From positions 1-57,737 of the forward strand of contig DAIRDK010000001.1 in the NCBI GenBank assembly GCA_036796175.1: DNA of 57,737 nucleotides, in the 5' to 3' direction. The position numbers and the translations under genes are program-made. Source of the stretch: Bacteroidales bacterium (lineage in GTDB: Bacteria; Bacteroidota; Bacteroidia; Bacteroidales; FEN-979). Within the stretch, counting starts at the first letter, position 1, and each line of letters begins with the position of its first letter. The notes beneath the pieces were generated by a model, which was given only the letters and a program-made list of their open reading frames with translations, made no database searches and was not told where the DNA came from. This document shows positions 1 through 7,795 of the stretch, one piece after another.

Positions 1-657
1 ATCGGTGCAACGGTGCAGGTCGTGACCGGTGAAAAGAACGGGCAGAAGCAGTTTACAACCATCCTTGTAGATGCGGATACTCCCGGTTTCAAGCGAGTGC
101 CCATGCACGGGAAAATGATGTGGCGTGCCTCCGACACGGCCCAGCTGTTCTTTGACGACTGCAGGGTTCCCGTAACCAACACGCTCGGCAAGGTGGGAGA
201 AGGTTCAAAGATCATGCTGAACACTCTCGACAGCGGTCGCCTGGCCATTGGCGCCATGGGGCTGGGACTGGCCCAGGGCGCTTTTGAGATGGCCCTGTCT
301 TACGCCAAACAGCGCAAGCAGTTCGGAAAGCCGATCGCACACTTCCAGGTAAATGCATTCAAACTGGCCGACATGGCGACCAAGATCGAATTGGCCAGGA
401 ACCTTCTGTACAAAGGAGCATGGCTGAAATCAAACAACCTGCCCTTCGCCAAGGAAGCAGCCATGGCCAAGCTTTACTGTTCCGAGATCGCCCGGGAGGT
501 GGCTGACGAAGCCCTTCAACTCCACGGGGGATACGGGTTGATGAAGGATTATGACATCGAACGTTTTTACCGCGACCAACGGCTTCTCCAGATCGGGGAA
601 GGAACTTCCGAAATCCAGCGGCTGGTCATTTCACGGTATATTGGGTGTTATGATTAG
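1..657 (+). CDS. acyl-CoA dehydrogenase, C-terminal part (5' end outside the window)
   Basis: The frame is open from base 1. ACAD C-terminal motifs are present (QRKQFGKPIAHFQ, LHGGYG, RDQRLLQIGEGTSEIQR). Confidence 0.85.
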   Translation: MGATVQVVTGEKNGQKQFTTILVDADTPGFKRVPMHGKMMWRASDTAQLFFDDCRVPVTNTLGKVGEGSKIMLNTLDSGRLAIGAMGLGLAQGAFEMALSYAKQRKQFGKPIAHFQVNAFKLADMATKIELARNLLYKGAWLKSNNLPFAKEAAMAKLYCSEIAREVADEALQLHGGYGLMKDYDIERFYRDQRLLQIGEGTSEIQRLVISRYIGCYD

Positions 658-766
658 ATACCGCCTGCCTGCCGGCTTCGAACTTCTTAAGCGTATACCT
701 CACGAAAAACCAGGCCACGGTGATTACAACGGGCCAGGTTATGAACCATATGATCTGGGTTATCAT
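626..766 (-). CDS. candidate 46-aa single-TM small protein directly downstream of cydB (CydX-like position)
   Basis: Own translation: MITQIIWFITWPVVITVAWFFVRYTLKKFEAGRQAVSNHNTQYTVK. The ATG lies 18 nt after the cydB stop. It is below the size cutoff of the ORF track. Its 3' end overlaps the convergent ACAD gene by 32 nt. Confidence 0.3.
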   Translation of the reverse strand: MITQIIWFITWPVVITVAWFFVRYTLKKFEAGRQAVSNHNTQYTVK

Positions 767-784
767 CTTTTCTTTCCTTTGGAA

Positions 785-1957
785 TTAATAAACATGCGAT
801 TCGTGTTCCAGTTCCTCCACTGTGATCTTTTTCCTGTCCATGGCGCGCCAGACGTAGAAGATGTAAGCCAGCACGAACGGCACCAGCAATGAAACATAGC
901 TCATAGCCGTCAGTGTGTAGTGGCTCGACGAACTGTTCTCAATGGTCAGCGAACTCTGGAGGTCGTAGGTAGAGGGGTAATAAGCCGTATGATTGAACCC
1001 TGCGGCCAGAAGCAGCGCCCAAACCGTCAGTACCGTACCGATCCCGGCGAACCAGATCCCCTTGTTCCCGGCCTTCTCAAAACAGAGCAGGGGTTTGTAC
1101 AAACCAACCAGGACGCCGGCCACACCGGCAAGGAACAGGATCGCCACCACCGGCATTCCGATCAGGTTATGCAGGTACTTATAGGGTTCCATGGAGACCC
1201 ATTTGGTTACCGGATCCACGGCAAATCCTTTGGAGAGCAACAGCCAGGCCGTAAAAGCGAGGAAGAGAACCAGGAACGGCAGTGCGTTGTAAAGCAATTG
1301 TTTCCTGATCCTGCCCGATACGGCTGCGTGGTCCACCAGATTCATGAAATAAAGCAGGGCCAGCGTCCTGGCGAGGAAGAAGACGGTGAGGCCGAGCAGG
1401 AGGTTCTGCACATTCAGCGCGGCTTCCAGCCCGTGTGCAGGGCCTTTCCACTCGGAGATCACCGGCATGGCATTCCCGGTCAGGTTCACGAGGTTCATCT
1501 TATTTACGCTGAATTCGGAGCCGGTGAAGAAAGTGGCTACCGCTGTTCCGATCAGAACGGTACCAAGCAAGCCGTTCAGGAACAGGAACACCTCGAATGT
1601 TCTCTGGCCTAAAAAATTACCCGGTTTCTTCCGGTATTCGTAGGACACAGCCTGGATGACAAAGGCGATGAGGATGGCCATCCACACCCAGTAAGCCCCG
1701 CCGAAACTGGTGCTGTAGAACAGCGGGAACGACGCAAAGAAGGCGCCGCCGAACGTGACGAGCGTTGTGAACGTGAGTTCCCATTTCCGGCCAAGGAGGT
1801 TGACCAGCAGGCTTCGTTCCTCGTCCGTCTTGCCTAATGTGTAAATAAGGGTCTGTCCGCCCTGAACGAACATCAGGAAGACCAGCAGGGCGCCCAGCAG
1901 GGATACGATGATCCACCAGTATTGCTGGAGGCTTAAAAGCGATAATGACTCGAACAT
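785..1957 (-). CDS. cydB: cytochrome bd ubiquinol oxidase subunit II
   Basis: 390-aa polytopic protein with a typical CydB N-terminus (LQQYWWIIVSLLGALLVFLMFVQGGQ). It sits directly downstream of cydA. Confidence 0.9.
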   Translation of the reverse strand: MFESLSLLSLQQYWWIIVSLLGALLVFLMFVQGGQTLIYTLGKTDEERSLLVNLLGRKWELTFTTLVTFGGAFFASFPLFYSTSFGGAYWVWMAILIAFVIQAVSYEYRKKPGNFLGQRTFEVFLFLNGLLGTVLIGTAVATFFTGSEFSVNKMNLVNLTGNAMPVISEWKGPAHGLEAALNVQNLLLGLTVFFLARTLALLYFMNLVDHAAVSGRIRKQLLYNALPFLVLFLAFTAWLLLSKGFAVDPVTKWVSMEPYKYLHNLIGMPVVAILFLAGVAGVLVGLYKPLLCFEKAGNKGIWFAGIGTVLTVWALLLAAGFNHTAYYPSTYDLQSSLTIENSSSSHYTLTAMSYVSLLVPFVLAYIFYVWRAMDRKKITVEELEHESHVY

Positions 1958-1988
1958 GGTATCTTATGTTTTGATGTGAACAACCTGA

Positions 1989-3527
1989 TTATGCCTGTAC
2001 TCCTTTTTTGATCTGCTTCACCATAATGCCGATATCCGCGATCAGCAGGCCGGTGAAGATCAGTGCGAACATCCAGAAGGTAAGGATCACCGAGCCCGGC
2101 TTCAGCTGCGAAACAGCGGCAATAGTCGGCATGATATCCTGGATTACCCATGGCTGGCGGCCCACTTCAGCCACGATCCAGCCCAGCATTGAAGCGATGT
2201 ATGCAAGCGGGATCGTCCATAAGGCCGTATACAGGATGAACCGTTTGTTTTCGATTTTGTTACGGACTGTCAGGATGAGCATGACGAGGATCAGGGCAAA
2301 GAAATGGATACCGAGATAGACCATGATCCGGAAAGAGTAGAATGTAGTGGCGATGGAAGGGACCAATTCATGCGGATCCCGATTGGCATAATATCCATAT
2401 CCGAAATCCGCATAGTTTTGTTCAAAGGCGGCCAGCGTGATGGCAGCCAGGCTGTCGTTCCCTTCTTTCCTGGCCGTCTTGTAAGCCCCTAACGATTCGA
2501 TGGCCAGTCTGCCCCGGTTAATGCGGTCCTGGTACGATGGGATCCCGCGTTCGGTATTTCCGTGTACCAGGTCGTTCACGCCGGGTACATACGCATTCGG
2601 ATCAAGGAATGCCATATAAGAAAGGACGTTCGGGACTTCGATCTTCATCCTGAAGTCCATCTTGTCGTTGCCTTCCATCGATTTATCTTTGTGTAACAGG
2701 CCAAAGACGGCAAGCGGAGCGTTCTGCCGGCCGACATACAGGTTTTCCATCGCGGCAAATTTCATGGGCTGGTGGTGAGCCATGGCCCGCGCTGAACCGT
2801 CACCGGTGAGGACGACAAAAACCGAGGCGATCAGGCCAAAACCGGCAGCCACGACAATGCTCCGTTTGGCGAAGAGAACATCCCGTTTCTTCAGCAGGAA
2901 CCAGGCACTGACACCGATCACAAACAGGGCGGCCAGCACATAACCCGATGAGATGGTATGCAGGAACTTGTTGATGGCCACCGGGGAAAACAGGACTTCC
3001 CAGAAATTGACCATCTCGTTCCGGGCGGTGTCGGGATTGAACTTCATCCCTGCGGGGTATTGCATCCACCCGTTCGCTACCAGGATCCAGAGGGCCGACA
3101 GGTTGCTGCCGATCGCCACCAGCCAGGTGGAGGCGAGGTGGAATTTTTTTCCTACCTTGTTCCATCCGAAGAACATAACGGCGATGAACGTAGTCTCCAT
3201 GAAGAAGGCCATGATCCCCTCAATAGCCAGCGGTGCTCCGAAAATGTCACCGACGAACCAGGAGTAATTCGACCAATTGGTGCCGAACTGGAATTCCATG
3301 ATCAGCCCGGTGGCCACGCCGATCGCGAAGTTGATCCCGAACAGCGTCATCCAGAATTTGGTCAGACGCTTCCATTCTTCGTTGCCTGTTTTCACGTAGA
3401 TCGTCTCCATAAAAGCAATGATGAAAGACAGTCCGAGTGTCAGCGGCACGAAGATCCAATGGTACATGGCAGTCAGTGCAAACTGCGCCCGTGACCAGTC
3501 AACCAGTGAAAAGTCAATGTAATTCAT
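1989..3527 (-). CDS. cydA: cytochrome bd ubiquinol oxidase subunit I
   Basis: 512 aa with the conserved N-terminus (SRAQFALTAMYHWIFVPLTLGL), EFQFGTNW, a Q-loop region, and GRQPWVI near the C-terminus. Confidence 0.95.
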   Translation of the reverse strand: MNYIDFSLVDWSRAQFALTAMYHWIFVPLTLGLSFIIAFMETIYVKTGNEEWKRLTKFWMTLFGINFAIGVATGLIMEFQFGTNWSNYSWFVGDIFGAPLAIEGIMAFFMETTFIAVMFFGWNKVGKKFHLASTWLVAIGSNLSALWILVANGWMQYPAGMKFNPDTARNEMVNFWEVLFSPVAINKFLHTISSGYVLAALFVIGVSAWFLLKKRDVLFAKRSIVVAAGFGLIASVFVVLTGDGSARAMAHHQPMKFAAMENLYVGRQNAPLAVFGLLHKDKSMEGNDKMDFRMKIEVPNVLSYMAFLDPNAYVPGVNDLVHGNTERGIPSYQDRINRGRLAIESLGAYKTARKEGNDSLAAITLAAFEQNYADFGYGYYANRDPHELVPSIATTFYSFRIMVYLGIHFFALILVMLILTVRNKIENKRFILYTALWTIPLAYIASMLGWIVAEVGRQPWVIQDIMPTIAAVSQLKPGSVILTFWMFALIFTGLLIADIGIMVKQIKKGVQA

Positions 3528-3530
3528 ATC

Positions 3531-3737
3531 TCAGTGTTTGATTTTGGTAAGATCGTCGATAACGTATTCGCTTCGTTCCTTATCGGAATGAAACCGGGTC
3601 TTCAGTAGGTCGGGAAAGAAAAAGAGCTTCATGATCAGGAAAAAGATCACGAATTTGATCAGGATGATGATCCAGAGCTTTTTCCCAACAGTCATCACCC
3701 TGAAACCATCGTAATAAAAGCGTATGATCCTGTACAT
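3531..3737 (-). CDS. DUF4492-like small membrane protein leading the cyd operon
   Basis: 68 aa with one TM segment. Its stop is 3 nt before the cydA start. This arrangement is typical of Bacteroidota cyd operons. Confidence 0.7.
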   Translation of the reverse strand: MYRIIRFYYDGFRVMTVGKKLWIIILIKFVIFFLIMKLFFFPDLLKTRFHSDKERSEYVIDDLTKIKH

Positions 3738-3754
3738 TTCAGCCCACTCCTGGA

Positions 3755-3777
3755 TACCGGTAACGTCTATACCGGTA
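3755..3777. promoter_or_regulatory. two copies of the 8-bp palindrome TACCGGTA spaced 15 bp apart, in the cyd operon leader
   Basis: TACCGGTA occurs at 3755-3762 and 3770-3777, 18-40 nt upstream of the DUF4492 start. An AT-rich region with a TATTTTTA (-7-like) box lies further upstream on the minus strand. Confidence 0.25.
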
Positions 3778-3839
3778 TTTCGGAGTAAAAATAGAAAAAA
3801 AACAATTCGGAAATAAAGGAAAATAAAAAGATATGTAAT

Positions 3840-4823
3840 TTATAGCATACTATTGGCCATAAACCATTCCATCGCTTCTGCTATTGCAGTTTTCACTGGC
3901 GTACATGGCAATCCGATTTCTTCTGCCGCCTTCCGGGGGCTGTAGTAATTATCCAGGGTCAGCAGGCGGGCATTGACATAGTTCAGAGGCATGGGCGTAC
4001 CGGCCAGTTTTTCGGCCAGGGTTCCGAACATGCCGGCTGCACGGACCAGGTAAGCCGGGAGGAACACCCGGAACGGGTGTTTGCCCGCGACGTCGTTCAG
4101 GAGATCATAGAATTCACGGTATGTAAGATTGGTGCCGGCAAGCAGGTAACGCTCCCCCACTCTTCCCAGTTCCAGGGCATTACAGACCCCTGCGGCGGCA
4201 TCGCGGACATGGATAAAATTCTTCCCCCCTGCCGGACATGCCTGGATCCTGTTCTTCAGGCCTATGAAAATGATCCTGCCCGAACTGGGTTTCGCATCGA
4301 AGGGTCCGATCATGAAGGTGGGGTTGACGATCACTGCAGGCAGTCCGTGCTTCTCAACCGCCTCGATGACCTGTTGCTGAGCGACGAATTTGCTGGTGAT
4401 GTACCCCGAGCCGATATGATACCCGTTGAACTCGGACAGTTCGGTTCCCGGGGTTTCTTTTGATCCGGGTCCGAATGTATTGGCTGTGCTCACAAACACC
4501 GCTCTTTTAATTCCGTTATGCAGGCAGGCCCGGATCACATTCCGGGTCCCCGTTACATTGACCGCCTCGTAAGCCTCATAATGAACGGGCCATTGATTTG
4601 TGTTAGCGGCAGCATGAATGACTTCGTCGCAGCCATTAAGCGCCTGCCCGAGACTGACCGGATCGAGAATATCCCCTGTGGCCATTTCAGCCCGGGTTCC
4701 TTTTAGTGCCAGGAGGTTGGCCCGGGGTCTGACCAATACTCTGACCTCTTTTCCGCGTGATTCGAGTTCCCTGACCACGTTGGCCCCAAGCAGGCCGTTT
4801 GCGCCTGTCACCAGTGTTTTCAT
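3840..4823 (-). CDS. NAD-dependent epimerase/dehydratase (extended SDR, dihydroflavonol-reductase-like)
   Basis: N-terminal TGANGLLG Rossmann motif and YITSK (YxxxK). Its start overlaps the upstream gene's stop by 4 nt (ATGA). Confidence 0.8.
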   Translation of the reverse strand: MKTLVTGANGLLGANVVRELESRGKEVRVLVRPRANLLALKGTRAEMATGDILDPVSLGQALNGCDEVIHAAANTNQWPVHYEAYEAVNVTGTRNVIRACLHNGIKRAVFVSTANTFGPGSKETPGTELSEFNGYHIGSGYITSKFVAQQQVIEAVEKHGLPAVIVNPTFMIGPFDAKPSSGRIIFIGLKNRIQACPAGGKNFIHVRDAAAGVCNALELGRVGERYLLAGTNLTYREFYDLLNDVAGKHPFRVFLPAYLVRAAGMFGTLAEKLAGTPMPLNYVNARLLTLDNYYSPRKAAEEIGLPCTPVKTAIAEAMEWFMANSML

Positions 4824-6115
4824 GCCGCTTTCATTAAGGGTGTACTGATCTCTCTCCGGATCACCCGGGCCACCACTCCGATCCGGATATTCTGGGGGAC
4901 GATACGGATAAGCAGCAAGTTAAATTTATTCATGATTCCCGGGACAATGATCTCTTTTCCTTTACGGATCCCGTCGACGGCAATCCGGGCGATCTCGCAT
5001 GCCCGGAGAAGTCCGATCTTGCCTGCCGATCCCTGGCGGATGATGCGGAGGGTCACGTCCGGGTTGGTCATGATGGGTCCCGGGTGCACGACGGCAACCC
5101 GGACGGAAGTCCCTTTCAGTTCCCGGTTCAGGCTGCGGGAAAAACTGGTAACGAAAGCCTTTGAGGCCGGGTAGACCGTTTTGTAGGGGATCGGGCTGAA
5201 AGCCGCCATGCTGGAGACATTCAGGATATACGCCTGCGGATGGCTTTTCAGTTCAGGGACCAGCATGCGGGTCAGCATCGAAAGCGCGCGGATATTCAGC
5301 TGGATGATATTGTCGAGATACTCGATGGATGAGGCGTCGAAAGCGACGGTCCCTCCCATGCCGGCATTGTTGACCAGGAAATTGATGCGGTGCCTGGCGA
5401 GGATCTTGCTGACCAGGCCATAGATTGAGGTTTTGTCGGTGAGGTCGGCTTCGTAAAACCATGCATTGATCCCGAATTGTCTTTTCAGATTCGTGCATAG
5501 GGCATCGAGGTTACATCCGGGCAGGGCGACCAGGACCAGGTCGTGCCCGCGGCGGGCGCATTCGATGGCGAATTCGCGCCCCAGTCCGTGGCTGGCGCCG
5601 GTGATGAGGGTGCAGGATTTGGATTCGTTGTCGGATGTTGGATATTGGATATTGGATGTTGGATGTTGGATGTTTGGTTTTGTCATCAGGTGCATGGAGA
5701 AAAAATAGGCGGCGACGGAAGCGGGCAGGCCGATGGCGGCACCTCCGGCAAGCAGGCTGATGAAGACAGGGAGGTTTCCGGCGAGCATGTGAAAGAGAGC
5801 CGAAATACTGAGATTCCCGTCCAGGCTGAAATCAACTGTCGTCCCGGTAATATACTTTCCGACGAGGAATGAGAAGCCGTAAAAAATCGGCCCGGTCACG
5901 ATGTTGATATGGAACACGCCTACAATGGATGCCACTTTACTCCACCGCAACAGGGAAGTCAGGGCGATGGCGATAAGCACTTTAAACCCGATGAACGGGG
6001 TGGTGGCGAGAAATACGCCAAGAGCGTATCCCAGGCAGACCGGGGCAGGCCGTGAGCGAATGGCGGCCAGTTTCTCCCTGACTTCGCGGATCTTTTTTTT
6101 CAGATAGGTTTTCAT
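4820..6115 (-). CDS. DUF2062 membrane domain fused to a classical short-chain dehydrogenase/reductase
   Basis: The N-terminal ~150 aa are polytopic and DUF2062-like (GYALGVFLATTPFIGFKV). The C-terminal half is an SDR (TGASHGLG, NNAG, YPASK). A repeat-encoded linker NIQHPTSNIQYPTS joins the two halves. Confidence 0.8.
   Translation of the reverse strand: MKTYLKKKIREVREKLAAIRSRPAPVCLGYALGVFLATTPFIGFKVLIAIALTSLLRWSKVASIVGVFHINIVTGPIFYGFSFLVGKYITGTTVDFSLDGNLSISALFHMLAGNLPVFISLLAGGAAIGLPASVAAYFFSMHLMTKPNIQHPTSNIQYPTSDNESKSCTLITGASHGLGREFAIECARRGHDLVLVALPGCNLDALCTNLKRQFGINAWFYEADLTDKTSIYGLVSKILARHRINFLVNNAGMGGTVAFDASSIEYLDNIIQLNIRALSMLTRMLVPELKSHPQAYILNVSSMAAFSPIPYKTVYPASKAFVTSFSRSLNRELKGTSVRVAVVHPGPIMTNPDVTLRIIRQGSAGKIGLLRACEIARIAVDGIRKGKEIIVPGIMNKFNLLLIRIVPQNIRIGVVARVIRREISTPLMKAA
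5633..5674. repeat. six tandem heptamers GGAT[GA]TT inside a CDS (42 nt, 14 codons)
   Basis: Read directly as ggatgtt ggatatt ggatatt ggatgtt ggatgtt ggatgtt. This encodes the inter-domain linker of the DUF2062::SDR protein. Confidence 0.9.
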
Positions 6116-6127
6116 GGCTTCGTGGTT

Positions 6128-6769
6128 TTAGTTCTGCTCTACAATATCCCTGAAAGCTGCAAGCGACCTGATCATCGCTTTCTGGACCAACGGGTCGGTC
6201 AGCTTCCTTGAACATTTCGGGGGTTGTTTCGAGTATTGCGTGTATTCGACCAATACGCGGTGGTCACCTGTTCTGCTGATGATCCATTCACATTCCAGAT
6301 GGGATATCCGGCTGACACCCTGTTTGGCGGGAATGTAAACAGGCATTCCCTCGACCAGGACCCTCGCAGATCTGCCGTCGGCTGAACGTTCCGTTTCATA
6401 GTGAAGGACGCAGTCCTGGTCTGATATAGGCCATGGCAGCCCGTACCGGATGTAACAATACCATTCGCGTTCGCTGACGTTCTTTACCCGGCTGAACTCA
6501 TCTACGTTACTCATCCATCGGGTGACTGCCGCATCGTTGACAACCAGTGCGAGGACCTCATTTACTTCCGCCTGACAACTGAATACCGCTTTCACTTTTC
6601 GGGTGCTGACCGTGCTGTTCAGTGGGATCCATTTGGTGTAGATGGAAATGTTCTGGTCGCTCCTCACCAGTGTGTAGGTGTTCATCGCAGGATCCGTCCC
6701 GTGTTCCGGTGTTCCTGCCATCAGGGGCCCCAGGCCCGCCATGCAGATCATTAACAACATTGTTTTCAT
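6128..6769 (-). CDS. secreted START/SRPBCC-like lipid-binding protein
   Basis: Signal peptide (MKTMLLMICMAGLGPLMA). The ~190-aa body has a START-like pattern (WMSNVDEF, REWYCYIRYGLPWPISDQDCV). Its stop lies 12 nt upstream of the SDR-fusion start on the minus strand. Confidence 0.5.
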   Translation of the reverse strand: MKTMLLMICMAGLGPLMAGTPEHGTDPAMNTYTLVRSDQNISIYTKWIPLNSTVSTRKVKAVFSCQAEVNEVLALVVNDAAVTRWMSNVDEFSRVKNVSEREWYCYIRYGLPWPISDQDCVLHYETERSADGRSARVLVEGMPVYIPAKQGVSRISHLECEWIISRTGDHRVLVEYTQYSKQPPKCSRKLTDPLVQKAMIRSLAAFRDIVEQN

Positions 6770-6930
6770 GACTCCTCCGGTTTTGGAACAAATGTAGACC
6801 TGTCATCACGGGAACGGAAACGACTGTCGGCAACTGAGTTGGCTGGCATGGGACGGGTTCGTTGAATACTCCGGTTTGGGCATGATTTATCCGTTAGGAT
6901 TCTTAAAATCCGTTCCGGTTTCTCCCGGCA

Positions 6931-6964
6931 CTCCCGGTTTTGGGATTTTCTGCAAAACCGGGAG
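6931..6964 (-). terminator. 11-bp-stem hairpin downstream of the DUF2807 gene
   Basis: CTCCCGGTTTT...AAAACCGGGAG is a perfect inverted repeat. A second small palindrome, TTGCATgaaATGCAA, lies at 6973-6987. There is no clear U-tract. Confidence 0.4.
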
Positions 6965-6997
6965 CCGGAGAGTTGCATGAAATGCAAGGAATTTAGT

Positions 6998-7711
6998 TTA
7001 CAATTTGATAATGTTTCCGCTACCTGATATATGGATGTTCATTTGTGGTGTTCCCAGGTAGTATATGTTTCCGCTGCCGGAGATGGTGGCATCCATCGTA
7101 CCGGCGACCTGCGTATAGATGTCGCCTGAACCACTGATGTCAGCATCGGTGGTTTGTGACAGGATGCTGCGGATGTCGATATTCCCGCTCCCGCTGATGG
7201 TCAGGTCTTCGTAACCGGCCGTTCCACCCTGGGCGCTGATGTTCCCTGATCCGCTGATGGTCGCCCGGAGCGTGTTACAGGTTACATACCCCAGCCGGAT
7301 ATCCCCGCTGCCGCTGATGGTCAATTCCATCGAGGATCCCATCCAGTCGTTGGTTACGTCGATCTTCCCGGAGCCCGACACGGCCAGCGAGGAGATGCCG
7401 GGTGCGGTGATATAGACGCTGATCGGCTCATGATGGCCCATATGGACCCCGTTTTTGAACTTGATCACCAGGATTCCGTTTTCTATAACGGTCTGGATAT
7501 ACGGCATCAGGTTCTCCTGGGCGAGGACCTCCAGAGAGTATTCATCTCCGCTGGTCAGATAAACCGATGCGTCGGTACTTAATCCGATGCCATGATACCC
7601 CGTGACCGTGCGGCTTTCGGAGATAACATCCCCCTTCCCGTTGATCTTCTGGCATGAAGTAAATAATACGGGCACAATCAGCGCAATAAGTAAGGTTCTT
7701 GCTGTTTTCAT
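6998..7711 (-). CDS. DUF2807-like (GIN-type adhesin head) lipoprotein
   Basis: Lipoprotein signal MKTARTLLIALIVPVLFTSC, so the internal ATG at 7711 is preferred over 7756. It has six ISGSG[DN]I repeats (plus a VSGSGKI variant). Confidence 0.7.
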   Translation of the reverse strand: MKTARTLLIALIVPVLFTSCQKINGKGDVISESRTVTGYHGIGLSTDASVYLTSGDEYSLEVLAQENLMPYIQTVIENGILVIKFKNGVHMGHHEPISVYITAPGISSLAVSGSGKIDVTNDWMGSSMELTISGSGDIRLGYVTCNTLRATISGSGNISAQGGTAGYEDLTISGSGNIDIRSILSQTTDADISGSGDIYTQVAGTMDATISGSGNIYYLGTPQMNIHISGSGNIIKL

Positions 7712-7795
7712 AAAATTAACTGTTTGGATTTGGATCGTTTTACAGAAGGAAGACAATCCAGGGGAAGAGTACCCCTATCAGCACGCTGATTTTTT

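Noticed and set aside
551-892. 113-aa plus-strand ORF spanning the acd-cydB spacer.
   Set aside because: It overlaps the ACAD 3' end and the cydB 3' end out of frame and has no motifs. The minus-strand 46-codon ORF is the more plausible coding element here.
6766-6987. 73-aa minus-strand ORF in the long spacer upstream of the START-like gene.
   Set aside because: The product is Arg/Ser-rich, has no signal peptide or motifs, and spans the terminator-like hairpin and the repeated 12-mers. It is treated as non-coding.
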